Below the pieces are notes generated by a model that was not told the DNA's origin, did not search any database, and saw only the letters and a program-made list of their open reading frames with translations. DNA of 58,985 nucleotides, the filler included, from Dugesia japonica (taxonomy: Eukaryota), in the NCBI GenBank assembly GCA_001938525.1. It is 5 parts of 5 records of this genome, joined end to end, with 100 filler letters (N's around TTAATTAATTAA, not from the genome) between each part and the next. Parts side by side here need not be neighbours in the genome. Positions count along the whole stretch, not along the records: positions 18,706 to 27,075 come from MQRL01599003.1; positions 27,176 to 35,970 come from MQRL01634639.1; positions 36,071 to 47,083 come from MQRL01355138.1; 2 more parts are not named here. One strand, 5' to 3'. Every line of letters begins with the position of its first letter. The first letter of the stretch is position 1. Of the stretch, positions 26,855 through 37,202 are shown one piece after another. The translations under genes and the position numbers were made by a program.

Positions 26855-27075
26855 TGATAGATTGCAGGAGAGATTGTAAAAGAGATTGTATGAGAGATTG
26901 AATGATAGACTGAATGAGAGATTGAATAAGAGATTGAATGATAGATTAAATGATAGATTGTATTAGAGATTGAATGATAGATTGTATTAGAGATTGAAGG
27001 TGAGATTGTATGAGAGATTGTTTGAGAAATTGATTGATAGATTGTATGAGAGATTGAATGAGAGATTGAATAAGA
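26855..27075. repeat. 12-bp minisatellite (GAGAGATTGAAT/GATAGATTGTAT variants)
   Basis: Tandem ~12-mers running into a gap. Confidence 0.9.
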
Positions 27076-28960
27076 NNNNNNNNNNNNNNNNNNNNNNNNN
27101 NNNNNNNNNNNNNNNNNNNTTAATTAATTAANNNNNNNNNNNNNNNNNNNNNNNNNNNNNNNNNNNNNNNNNNNNATTTAAATGTGTTAAAATTACAAAA
27201 TTACTTAATTATTACTTATTTGAATTTCTAAGCTGCAAATCTACTTCATAAAATAATGAATCCCAAAATACACGAGTAAATAATCTTCCTTAGGGGGTAA
27301 TTCCTATGTTTAACTTCAATTTAAAATCAAAATACAAATTAAATAAAATAATTTCATAAACTGTTTCTTTCCTTTTTGAACAATTGTTTATACATGTATC
27401 TGTAAAACCCATTATAAGTTTTATGTTTTGGGCATATAGACTCATTCTCTTTCATTGCCTTTCATTCTCTTTCATACTTTTTATCAAACGACATAGAGAA
27501 AATTATCTCATTAGTCCAGATTCAGGGCAAGGAGATAATTGATTAATAATAAAAAAAATTATTGATTATTATATTTATTTAATAATGTATTTCAATGTTG
27601 TTTATACCTATTATTATAATAAAATATAATTAAATCTAATAATAAATTTATAAATCTAAATAAAATAAATACAAATCAAATTAATCTTATCATTCTAATT
27701 CATTTGAAGTTTACAATTTATATTATCCATGACAATAATAATGATAATAATCTATTAGATTAATAATAATTGTAATAATAATATTATACATAACAACAAA
27801 TCTAAATCTACATTGTTAAATATGATTTTAATAAATCTTAATTTACAATAAAAATCTGATAAATCCTAATAAATCTACTTATAAATAATAATAATAATGA
27901 TTAAATAATACCACTACTACATATAATAATCTAACTCATCATACAATATTTGTTTTCCAAGTTCATTCCAAAATTATTAAATCTGTACAACCATAACTCA
28001 CAGTCATCACACCCTTTCATACCCTTATCTCCTTGACCTGCTCAATTTTAGTTTTATTAATATTTGTAATCTAGCCCAACAATATTATTATTATTGATTC
28101 ATGTCTTTCATTATTAATATTTATAAAATAATAATAATATAATACTTTTTTCATATAGACACCTATATGCATACATGCAAATATAGTCGACCCAAATATA
28201 AGCGGGACCCGGTTCAAAGTTTCCTAGCGGGGCCTTGAAAAAAATTTCATATAAGAAATAATAATTTATTACAATTTGTTATTTATTGCGTTCATTTAAA
28301 GTGTTGGTGTGAAACACCCGTTAAAAAAGGAACTAAGGCCGGAAAGCCTGAATCAACAGAAAAGAGCGGCAGGACCACCATATTTACCAATAATAAAAGG
28401 TAAAGCGCGAAATAACCATTAGAAAAGAATAAAACAAAATCGGAAATAGATATGAAGAATTGGGTAACATAAAACCAACTTACATCAATATTGGGAATTA
28501 AGAAGAATTATTAAATTAATAATAAAAAACCAAGAAAAGCATTAGAGAAAATAATCAATTAACAGAAAAATATATTAATTAATTTTAAAATAAAAAGAAG
28601 CAAAATTAGTTAAAATTCTGTTTTACTCGAATAACTCCGCTCAAGGAGATCGGAAAGAATCCGGGTAAGAAAATACACCAAGAAAATAACAAGACGCATC
28701 AAAGTTGCTAGAAAGAAAAAACTTACCACCATCCAGAAGGTTGTTACAGGGTTTTCAAGATCGGGCCAATGAGAAACCTAAAAATAAAAATAAAACAAAG
28801 TCATTTTCAATTGTCATGTGTCACGCTAAAATTAACTACCAATTGCGGCACCAAAACTCGAAGAATATTTTAGAAAATTGGCACTGGAACCAATAAAAAG
28901 TCGAAAATTAAATCTAAAAATAACCAACAAATCTGAAAGAAGTTAGGGTGTGGAGAAAAT

Positions 28961-28978
28961 CCTATAAAAGGACCCCTG
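28961..28978 (+). promoter_or_regulatory. TATA box of the LTR-like element
   Basis: CCTATAAAAGGACCCCTG; homologous boxes at 4993, 6177 and 8126. Confidence 0.6.
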
Positions 28979-29327
28979 ATTTTAGCAAAAAAAAACAAAA
29001 AAACAAATCAAACAAAAAATTCTTTCCTGTTGTCATCAAAATTTTACATTGTCAACGTTAACTGCGAAGGAATTTGATTCAAGAATTTTATCATCAAAGG
29101 AACGCTCATTCTAACAATATTCATCGGAAAACCCAAATACGATCAGTTATCGCGCATCGATTATCTGAGACATCGTATAGAGTAATTTGATTGTTCAGGA
29201 TTACAAATTAATTAGAAATTGTTCTGAATAGTAGAACCTATCAATACTCTGGAGATTGCTAATAAATTTCAAGGGCTTTAAGAGGAAAAGAGAACCCGTT
29301 GCAGAAATTCTTATCAAAATATTTTAT

Positions 29328-29334
29328 AGTAAGT
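29328..29334 (+). promoter_or_regulatory. Candidate leader-exon splice donor A|GTAAGT
   Basis: Perfect GTAAGT about 365 bp downstream of the TATA box. The last exonic base A completes ATG with the AG|TG acceptors. Confidence 0.55.
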
Positions 29335-30506
29335 ATGGTTATGTGTTTGAAAATAAAATAAACTTTAAAATGCCTAATTTTGATATCTTGAATTATTATG
29401 ATAATAATAAAGAAAAATTATAAAAACTAAGACAAAAACATTTTTTTTACATTCAAATAAATTTATTTTAAACCGCATGATCCCGCTGATCCAACAATTG
29501 ACTCTTTGCTAGTTGCACTCCGATTCATGCATGCATCATTTTTCTCTTGTTCCAATCAAGCATACATTACTAAATAGGCACTATCGTATTCCCAGTAATA
29601 GTGATAGAAAATTTATAACATAATCACTCAAACCCATAACTCAGTCAGTAAAATGAAGGGTTAATACACACACCACTTTTTCAGTGTGTATTACTATAGC
29701 ATCTTAAATTGTTTACAGCTGCTAGGCAACCTGTTTCAGCGGAATTTTTCAAAGTCTGAAATTGGACTTATCGCGGAAATTTTATCAAATATACTATTTA
29801 CCTGAGTAAACAAGCAGAATTTCTTAAAGCTCCCACAGAAAATACTACTTTTGTAAATATTATTATTATCATGATTATTAATCCTATTATACTTATTATT
29901 ATCATGAAATTGCCCTTATAATTATTATCTGGTGTAACTTTCTTATTAGTGTGATTATCATTATCATCATTAAGATTGATAATCGTATTATTAGTATGGA
30001 TAATAGAACTATCCTTATAGTTGTAACTTGATGAGCACCATTATTATAATTATTACTATAATTCTTATTATGATTATAATTATTACCGTCCTCATTATTG
30101 GTATTAGTATTATTATGACTGTTGCCAATAGTATTATTGTTTTGATCTTTATAAATAATTCGACTATGATTCCTCAATGTCAAAACCGTATGGGACTTAA
30201 TATTACGAAGATTTATTATTGGATTTATTAACTTCATTATGGAAATAAGTATTGTTATCGTCTTAGTCCAGCGATGATGAGGATAATGTCTTGAATATTA
30301 TTATTCCTATAAACATTATTATACCATTAGAACAGGGGTGCCACTTGGCGACGCCATTCTCCTTATGAGTAAAATCTCACTAATAACGTATTGTATGCTG
30401 GAACTTACAACACTAATAACAGTAACATACACATCATGTAACCAGGGTTAAACCAAGGGAGTCCTGAATTTCAATGTAACCTTTGGTCATTGGTCATATT
30501 TAAATT

Positions 30507-30701
30507 ATGCCCACAGAACTGGGAACTATGCTCAGATTAATTCGGAAACAAAGCAAGACCGTCAGATTGAGGCAGTTAGTGGCCCACCTATTGACAAGGG
30601 GTGCAATAGAACACCCAGACGAGACGGATCTAGCTTGTTTCGCGGAGATGTTCCCCTCAGTGACTCCAGTAGATATTGATACCGAGAATATGCCCTTGTA
30701 A
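30507..30701 (+). CDS. LTR-cassette ORF1, copy 3 (64 aa)
   Basis: Homologous to 2492-2665 (PDETDLxCFAEMF). The acceptor appears mutated AG>AA. Confidence 0.7.
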   Translation: MPTELGTMLRLIRKQSKTVRLRQLVAHLLTRGAIEHPDETDLACFAEMFPSVTPVDIDTENMPL

Positions 30702-30844
30702 ACAAGAATGCAATCCGTCAATCGCTGTTACTTATTTAAAATGAGCTAACGAGTAGAATAATTATATTTGTTGCTTATGTTGTTTCCTTAATTAATTTAT
30801 TTATATATTATAATTTGAATAAAATTTCGGTCTATTTATTTAGA

Positions 30845-31184
30845 ATGGAATCGATATGGGAGCGTATAATAGATCGACGGACTCGTCGTGTGATTTTCCG
30901 ACGTCATCACAATCCCCATAATCGGGATGCTGGAATTCTGTCTGATAAGTCAAATTTACCTCCCGTCGAAGCCGCGGTAGCTCGAATCCAGAGCTTCGGG
31001 GAGCGATTGAACTTTCACCAGTGCACTGGGCCGGAGCGTTAACTCGCTACCCCGTTCCTTTATCAACATCCGGCGCGCCCACTATTAGTACAGGCGTTTA
31101 TTAACAACATGCTCTGGGGAACTAGAGAGCCCTCAGGTCAGAAGATGTCGAAAACACCGCTCCTTCTGAAAACCCAACCCCTGA
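30845..31184 (+). pseudogene. LTR-cassette ORF2, copy 3 (internal stop at 31040 and deletion)
   Basis: tttag|AATG start. Homologous to 2865+ and 1-327; ends ENPTP*. Confidence 0.65.
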
Positions 31185-31404
31185 CTCTTAATGTGCATTT
31201 GTTGTTATAGAAATTGATTAATAGATACGTGTTTTAATTTAGTCTTAATCTACTTTCTCCAGTTGTAATCTTATAGATAAAGGTTTCTTTAATATTACTA
31301 TACAGACAGTTTGTTCATTTTCATCCCTTAAGCAGAGTCACATGGGTGTCAGTAACTTGGATGCTAATACTTTGAGAAAAAATTTAATATTATTCTTTGT
31401 TTAG

Positions 31405-31865
31405 TGCCTTCCTCGTTAAACCGTCCTACAGCTCCTACTAAGAAAATCCGGGATACTAGTGAGGATCTCGAGCTCACCTGGGACTTATACCGACTTGCAA
31501 AACGTCGATGGGAGGCCGAGATAGCCACTGCCAATAGTAAGGTGACCAGATATAAGAAAAAATGTATCGCCCTCAGAAAAGAAGCCGAGGCCTCCCACCT
31601 TCAGGAACGAACCTGAAAAAACCAGGTGGAATCCTTTGCTGAAGTTATCCGGTCCGGCCATGACCGTGAAAATAAACTGGTCAATGATATCTTACATCTC
31701 CGAACACGAATGCCTCTCGAGCCGTTGATGATCGAGAAGGGTACTCAAACTCCTGGAACTAAATTGCATAAGTGTTTCATTGTAATAAATTTGTTAGCCA
31801 AATTTTTTCTACGAGTTTATGTTAATGATTCATTCAAATTCTTGTGTCAAGTTACCTTATGCTAA
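31405..31865 (+). CDS. LTR-cassette ORF3, copy 3 (in-frame TGA 31614-31616, KGTQT tail; natural stop probably lost near 31760)
   Basis: gtttag|TG start. ...QERT*KNQVESFAEVIRSGHDRENKLV...MIEKGTQTP. Confidence 0.7.
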
Positions 31866-31880
31866 TCTAATTATTTTTAG

Positions 31881-32244
31881 TGCCTCGTATCAATTTTCCT
31901 AACAGTCTTCGCCGATGTCATCGTATCATGCGCCATTTAAAACGTCGAGCAGACCAGGCCCTCCTTAGACATTTTTCTCAGCCTGACCGCTTGATAAAGA
32001 AACTAGATCTGATAGTTAAAAAACAGAATGAGTTAGCGAACCAAACCAAGGCCTTGGAGGCCGAAACCAAAAACTACTGTTGAGAAAGATAGATTTCCTA
32101 AAACAGTACATCGCCGACCTTTCCCAACAGATTGGTCAGTCAACTTGAGCCCAATGGGACGACAGTGACGATGTCGCGGCCTTCCATTTTCTAATGCATG
32201 ACCCAGACCAGTGGCTGGACTCAGGTGTGCTAGACGGCTTATAA
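31881..32244 (+). pseudogene. LTR-cassette ORF4, copy 3 (short deletion, frameshift near 32070, TGG>TGA)
   Basis: ttttag|TG start. Ends QWDDSDDVAAF...QWLDSGVLDGL*, like copies 1 and 2. Confidence 0.7.
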
Positions 32245-33414
32245 ATGTCAATTCAATAAATGTTGTGCGTATCATTGTCTTAAATTTTTGTGTAAGTTAA
32301 GGGAAAATAATGAACCCGAATAAAAAGGTGTATGGGCGTGCACCTCATATTAGGAGAGAGGTCAACCACCATACACTGAATACCTGACCTAGGGACGTCA
32401 GGGTAAATTCTTGAAAGGGTTCCCCTGAGGGCTGTTTTTCCCCAGCCACCTTTTTCTTACCATCCAACTCAGGTGCGATCTCATCAAAAGTAATGAAAAT
32501 AAAATTAACATTTCAAACAAAAAACGTTATGAGTTATGACACATTTATATTTATTTATGATTGTTTACACAGTAATACTTTTTATCAATTCTAAATAAAC
32601 GGATTTATCATTTTTCACATGTTTTATTACAAATTTTTTAATAATACCACCATAACTTCAATTTTAGGCTAATTAAGACTCAATAGATAAAATGGCTAAA
32701 GATCTAAAACGTTTTTGATTAATAGTAAATCTCAAATAATTTTTTATTATTTTCAATTTTGAGAATGATATTTTACAGGTAAAGTTAATATTATGTTTAA
32801 CGACGCGGTTCTGCATATAAGCATTCATGCATTGTATTATTATACATAAAAAATTAAAATAACAATTAGCTTTGTTTAGAATTATATTATGTGGTGGGAA
32901 AATATTTTATTAAGATAAAATAAATTAATTTATTCTAAAACAATAACAGTTTATTTATACAATTTTATTATTTTTAATACATAATAATTTTAATTTCATT
33001 ATTAAATGAAAGAATTTTTACAAATAATTTTCGGTAATTTTTTATTTATTTAAAATCCGTATTGTATTAAATTTCAGTTTTAATGACACTTTTTAACTAG
33101 TTTTTAATTTCAATTGTATTAAATTAAATTTTAAAAAGTTCATTAAATTTAATTTTATAATATATAAATATTAATTTAATCTAAACTACTAAAGTAAATT
33201 AATTTTATTATATAGATTTTATGTCTGATTTTCCACTTTAAAAGTATTTTTTAAAATTTTTTTTGCACTCTAATATATTTATTTAATTTATGATATTAAC
33301 GTTTTATAAATTAAGGAGCATTTAATTTCAGAAACAAGTTTGAATTTGAAACAAGTTTAATTTTACTTTTTTAAAATCAAGGAAAACATTAATTATAAAT
33401 ATTTCAAACATAAT

Positions 33415-33720
33415 GGCCAGCAATATTGTCGACCAGGGCCACAATACAAAAATAAAAATTATCCGCGGGCCGCACCCAAACTAAAAAAAANNNNNNNNNN
33501 NNNNNNNNNNNNNNNNNNNNNNNNNNNNNNNNNNNNNNNNNNNNNNNNNNNNNNNNNNNNNNNNNNNNNNNNNNNNNNNNNNNNNNNNNNNNNNNNNNNN
33601 NNNNNNNNNNNNNNNNNNNNNNAGTAAATTTGATAACGATTTGTCCGTCATGGAACTTCTATATTTAGATTTTATAAATTTCATTGTTGAAAAGGTACTT
33701 TCACAAAAATAAGACAATTT
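33415..33720 (-). mobile_element. hAT (SPIN/Buster-like) transposase dimerization-domain fragment and subterminal sequence
   Basis: SYFCESTFSTMKFIKSKYRSSMTD is a typical hAT C-terminal motif; GCGGGCCGCA subterminal motif near 33465. Confidence 0.75.
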
Positions 33721-36084
33721 TTATAAGGAAAATAATTTAATAAATAACTTTGACCCACCAAAGACAGAAGTTCTAATTACTTTGGTAGAAATGTAAATTA
33801 CACTAATTTTTTAAATAAATCATAATATATAATAGGCCAAGCCTGGCGTTAGGTTGAAGCGAGCGAGTCAACAACTTTTAGTTCAAAATAATTTCTTTCA
33901 AAAATCATTCAGTAATACCATCAAGTAAATAGAGTAAGCGAGTTAAGACAACTTAAAAATAAGATGGTATTATGCAATCAAGTACTAAGGAGTCTTTTAA
34001 TAAGATTTTTTCTGATAATTTATTTAAAATGTGTAATGGCTATTTATTGCAATCTTTAGCGAACATTTTATACAATTTATTCAAATGTTCCTAATTGTTC
34101 ATATAAACGATTGTCATTGAAAGATTGCTAAAAAATACTCAAATATTTGATTTTGGGTTTTAAAAAATGTGGTTTGCAATGTTTAGTTGTATGATTTTGT
34201 AAGTATATAATCACATAAAATTTTAAAATTATTTTTGTTTTTAATTTAACTCCGCACGCACCAGGCCCTTTAAGAGACTTACATAAAATTTGCACAGCAC
34301 ATATTACAATTATTTAACTGTTGGCAACAAAAATGCACTAGAGGGATCCAAAACTATTACTTCAAAATATCTGGTACCAGTGAAATGAAACTTGTTACTC
34401 TCTATTATCACAATTTAATTTACTTTAATAATATTACTTAAGATTACATAAAACTATCAAAAAATTTACAATATTAAATAATGGTTACTCCTTTGATGTT
34501 CAACTTTTCAAGCTAACACATATTTCTACTGTTTTTTTTAAAGAAAAAACTCCAATATAAAAAAATAGTTAACAAAATGATGAATTAAATTTGTAAACAC
34601 ACAATCATATTTAGATTTTCCAAAAATNCACTCAGTATATTTAAAGTTAATAACTCAACGGAGCTGATTTTTAACTTGTTAAATAATATTTGAAATTTCA
34701 AACCTACCACAAATATACACACAATTTTTGTTTATTTTCAAATGAATTAATACATTTAAACAATCAAATAATTATATTCATATTTTTACAAATTTAATAC
34801 TAATAAGAATAATATTAATAAAAATTATAATATATTTAAAATAATTTATTCATTAAAAGTAATATTTACAAATATTAGATTTTAATAAGATATATTACTG
34901 CAAATCAAAACAACTTTCCAAATAGATATTGATCAATATTTTTAATATATATTCTGATTGTTTTGTGTCTAGAATTTATAATTAACACGATAGAAATAAA
35001 GCAAATAATTTATGCCCTTAATCTATCAAGTCTAAATGAAAAATATAATCTTCAATAAATAAAACTCACCCATGACAGATTCTAACTAAATTTATTGATT
35101 TTGCATAAATAATTAATAATTTAAAATAGAATTTATTATTTTATAAAAATCTTTCGATTCTACCTCCAGTTAATATAGTAAATAAATCAGATTGTTCGGA
35201 AGATTTTTTCCGTTTTTACCACCTCACGGTTTTTAAAGCTTTTCACGTATTTGTGAAAGTAATATTTTTATTTTTAATAATAATGAGTAATCCTAAATTT
35301 GTTTAAATATGTTAGTTGATTTGGCTTGTTTATATTTGTTTGACGTCATTTTCAATTGGATAGTGAAACAGTACATTTTCAACATAATTTACATTTTAGT
35401 ATCAAGAATAGCAAATCAGTAGCGAATGCGCATACAAAAATGCAAGATATGTACGGTTTTCTAACTTAAAGTTCAATCACTTCAAACCTCTGAAGATTAA
35501 GTGATAACTATCATTAAATAAATATTAATATTTTTTTCATTATTATTTTTTTGTCATCNNNNNNNNNNNNNNNNNNNNNNNNNNNNNNNNNNNNNNNNNN
35601 NNNNNNNNNNNNNNNNNNNNNNNNNNNNNNNNNNNAGTGGTTCATTTTATCGATGTAATAATAACTTTAATTTAATAAAACCAGTAAGTAGTAATACAAA
35701 TAACTAGATAAAAAAGAAACTTGCATAATCTTATCCCTATCAAAGCAAAACACACAACAAAATTACTCATGTTGATCGCCAGCTCTCATCAAAAGTCTGT
35801 AAAAATTAGAATTTTATGTGATCCGAGACACAAAAAACTAAATTTTCCGATAATAATAACCGTTTTTAATTTGAATTTTTATAAATTATTGATTAGCGTT
35901 TAATAATCTGCATAATTATCTAAAGAAATAAATAAATTTTATTTTACTGATATTTGTTTTAATTTGGAATNNNNNNNNNNNNNNNNNNNNNNNNNNNNNN
36001 NNNNNNNNNNNNNNTTAATTAATTAANNNNNNNNNNNNNNNNNNNNNNNNNNNNNNNNNNNNNNNNNNNNTAATTACATCACTA

Positions 36085-36142
36085 ATCGGCGGGGGGGGTT
36101 CACTGAATGTGTGCAGAGGTTTACTGCTACTATCTATCTACT
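36085..36142 (-). mobile_element. Maverick-type terminal sequence (reverse orientation)
   Basis: Reverse complement reads AGTAGATAGATAGTAGCAG...CCCCCCCC, like 47016 and 13149. Confidence 0.5.
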
Positions 36143-36430
36143 AAGGTGTTGTTTGAAATTTAAAATTTCTTTTTAATTACTTTGTATTCATGAATTAGTG
36201 CTTAAGTTTAGTATTCACATTATATAAAATAAGAATGGAATATTAAATAAATATTATATTAAATAAAATCAATTATTTTTGTGCAGTCTTCAAACAATAG
36301 AAATATAAACCATATGGCTCTTGTGATTCACTCAGTTTGATATGGCTTGTAAAATTACCGTTAAATAAATTAATAAAAAATAATGCTAAAAAAATTTTAA
36401 AACACTTGAAATACAAAATGTATTAAAAAT

Positions 36431-36470
36431 TTTTGTTCCTGAAGATGGCATAACCGAAATATTGAAAAAA
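36431..36470 (+). ncRNA. Minimal hammerhead ribozyme motif
   Basis: TTC-CTGAAGA-T-GG-CATAA-CC-GAA-ATAT-T-GAA; near-identical to 7193 including the downstream flank. Confidence 0.6.
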
Positions 36471-37202
36471 AGAGCAACAATTTTGATCTTTTGCTTTTAA
36501 AACATTTTATTTTAAATAAATTGTTTATCCACTAAAACTAGTATTATTCAAATAATTTTAAATGAAATTAAAATTCCAAAAAAATTAATTAAAATCGGTG
36601 TCTACCATTTTCATTACAATTATTTTGTTACTTATAAAATTATTTACTGTTTTATGAGTTTATTTTTAGTGGAATTTACAATATCATTTGAGATTTTAAA
36701 TATTAAAATGATTGTAATATTAATATAAAGTAGTAAATCACAAGAATATTTTTTTATTTCAAAGTTTTTTGAACAGAAAATATGGTAGCATGTGTTAGAA
36801 GATGTGAGTTGGTGGTATTAGTCATGTGGATTGTTACGATTGACGATGTTCCCAAGTGATGATTTTCGCGTGATTACCAAGATTTGGTGGCAGATCAACT
36901 GTAAATCTGAAACAACGACTTGGTCTAGGTTTAGTAAAAGGAAGTCTCGTTAAGTATGGTTTGAAGAAAGATCCAGTTTTGAAAGGGAGGTCAAAGTATT
37001 ATTCTACATACTAAATATATTATTTAATTAATTTAGAGTGATTTTAATTCTCAATCAAACTGTTATTACGATTAAAATCTTAATGAAAATGTAATATCTG
37101 CGATTAGATTATTTTAAAACAATAAATATATAAAAAAACTGATATGATAAATCAAAAATATAAAATCATATTAAAAATTATAAATTCATTAAAAATAATT
37201 AA

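Larger units (their letters stand above)
28302..32486 (+). mobile_element. Complete 4185-bp solo-LTR-like element with 4-bp TSD carrying a four-ORF spliced cassette (copy 3)
   Basis: AAAG|TGTTGGTGT...GATCTCATCA|AAAG. TATA at 28963, donor at 29329, ORF1-4, AATAAA at 31784 and 32255, conserved 3' hairpins. Confidence 0.85.

Noticed and set aside
29902-30237. Asn-rich and Ile-rich ORFs in the ATT spacer (also 1584-1952)
   Set aside because: Low-complexity sequence with no peptide conservation visible between copies.
26587-36000. Further DHX35 exons, or the solo LTR lying within a DHX35 intron
   Set aside because: No helicase motifs found downstream, and an artificial linker at ~27120 breaks contiguity.
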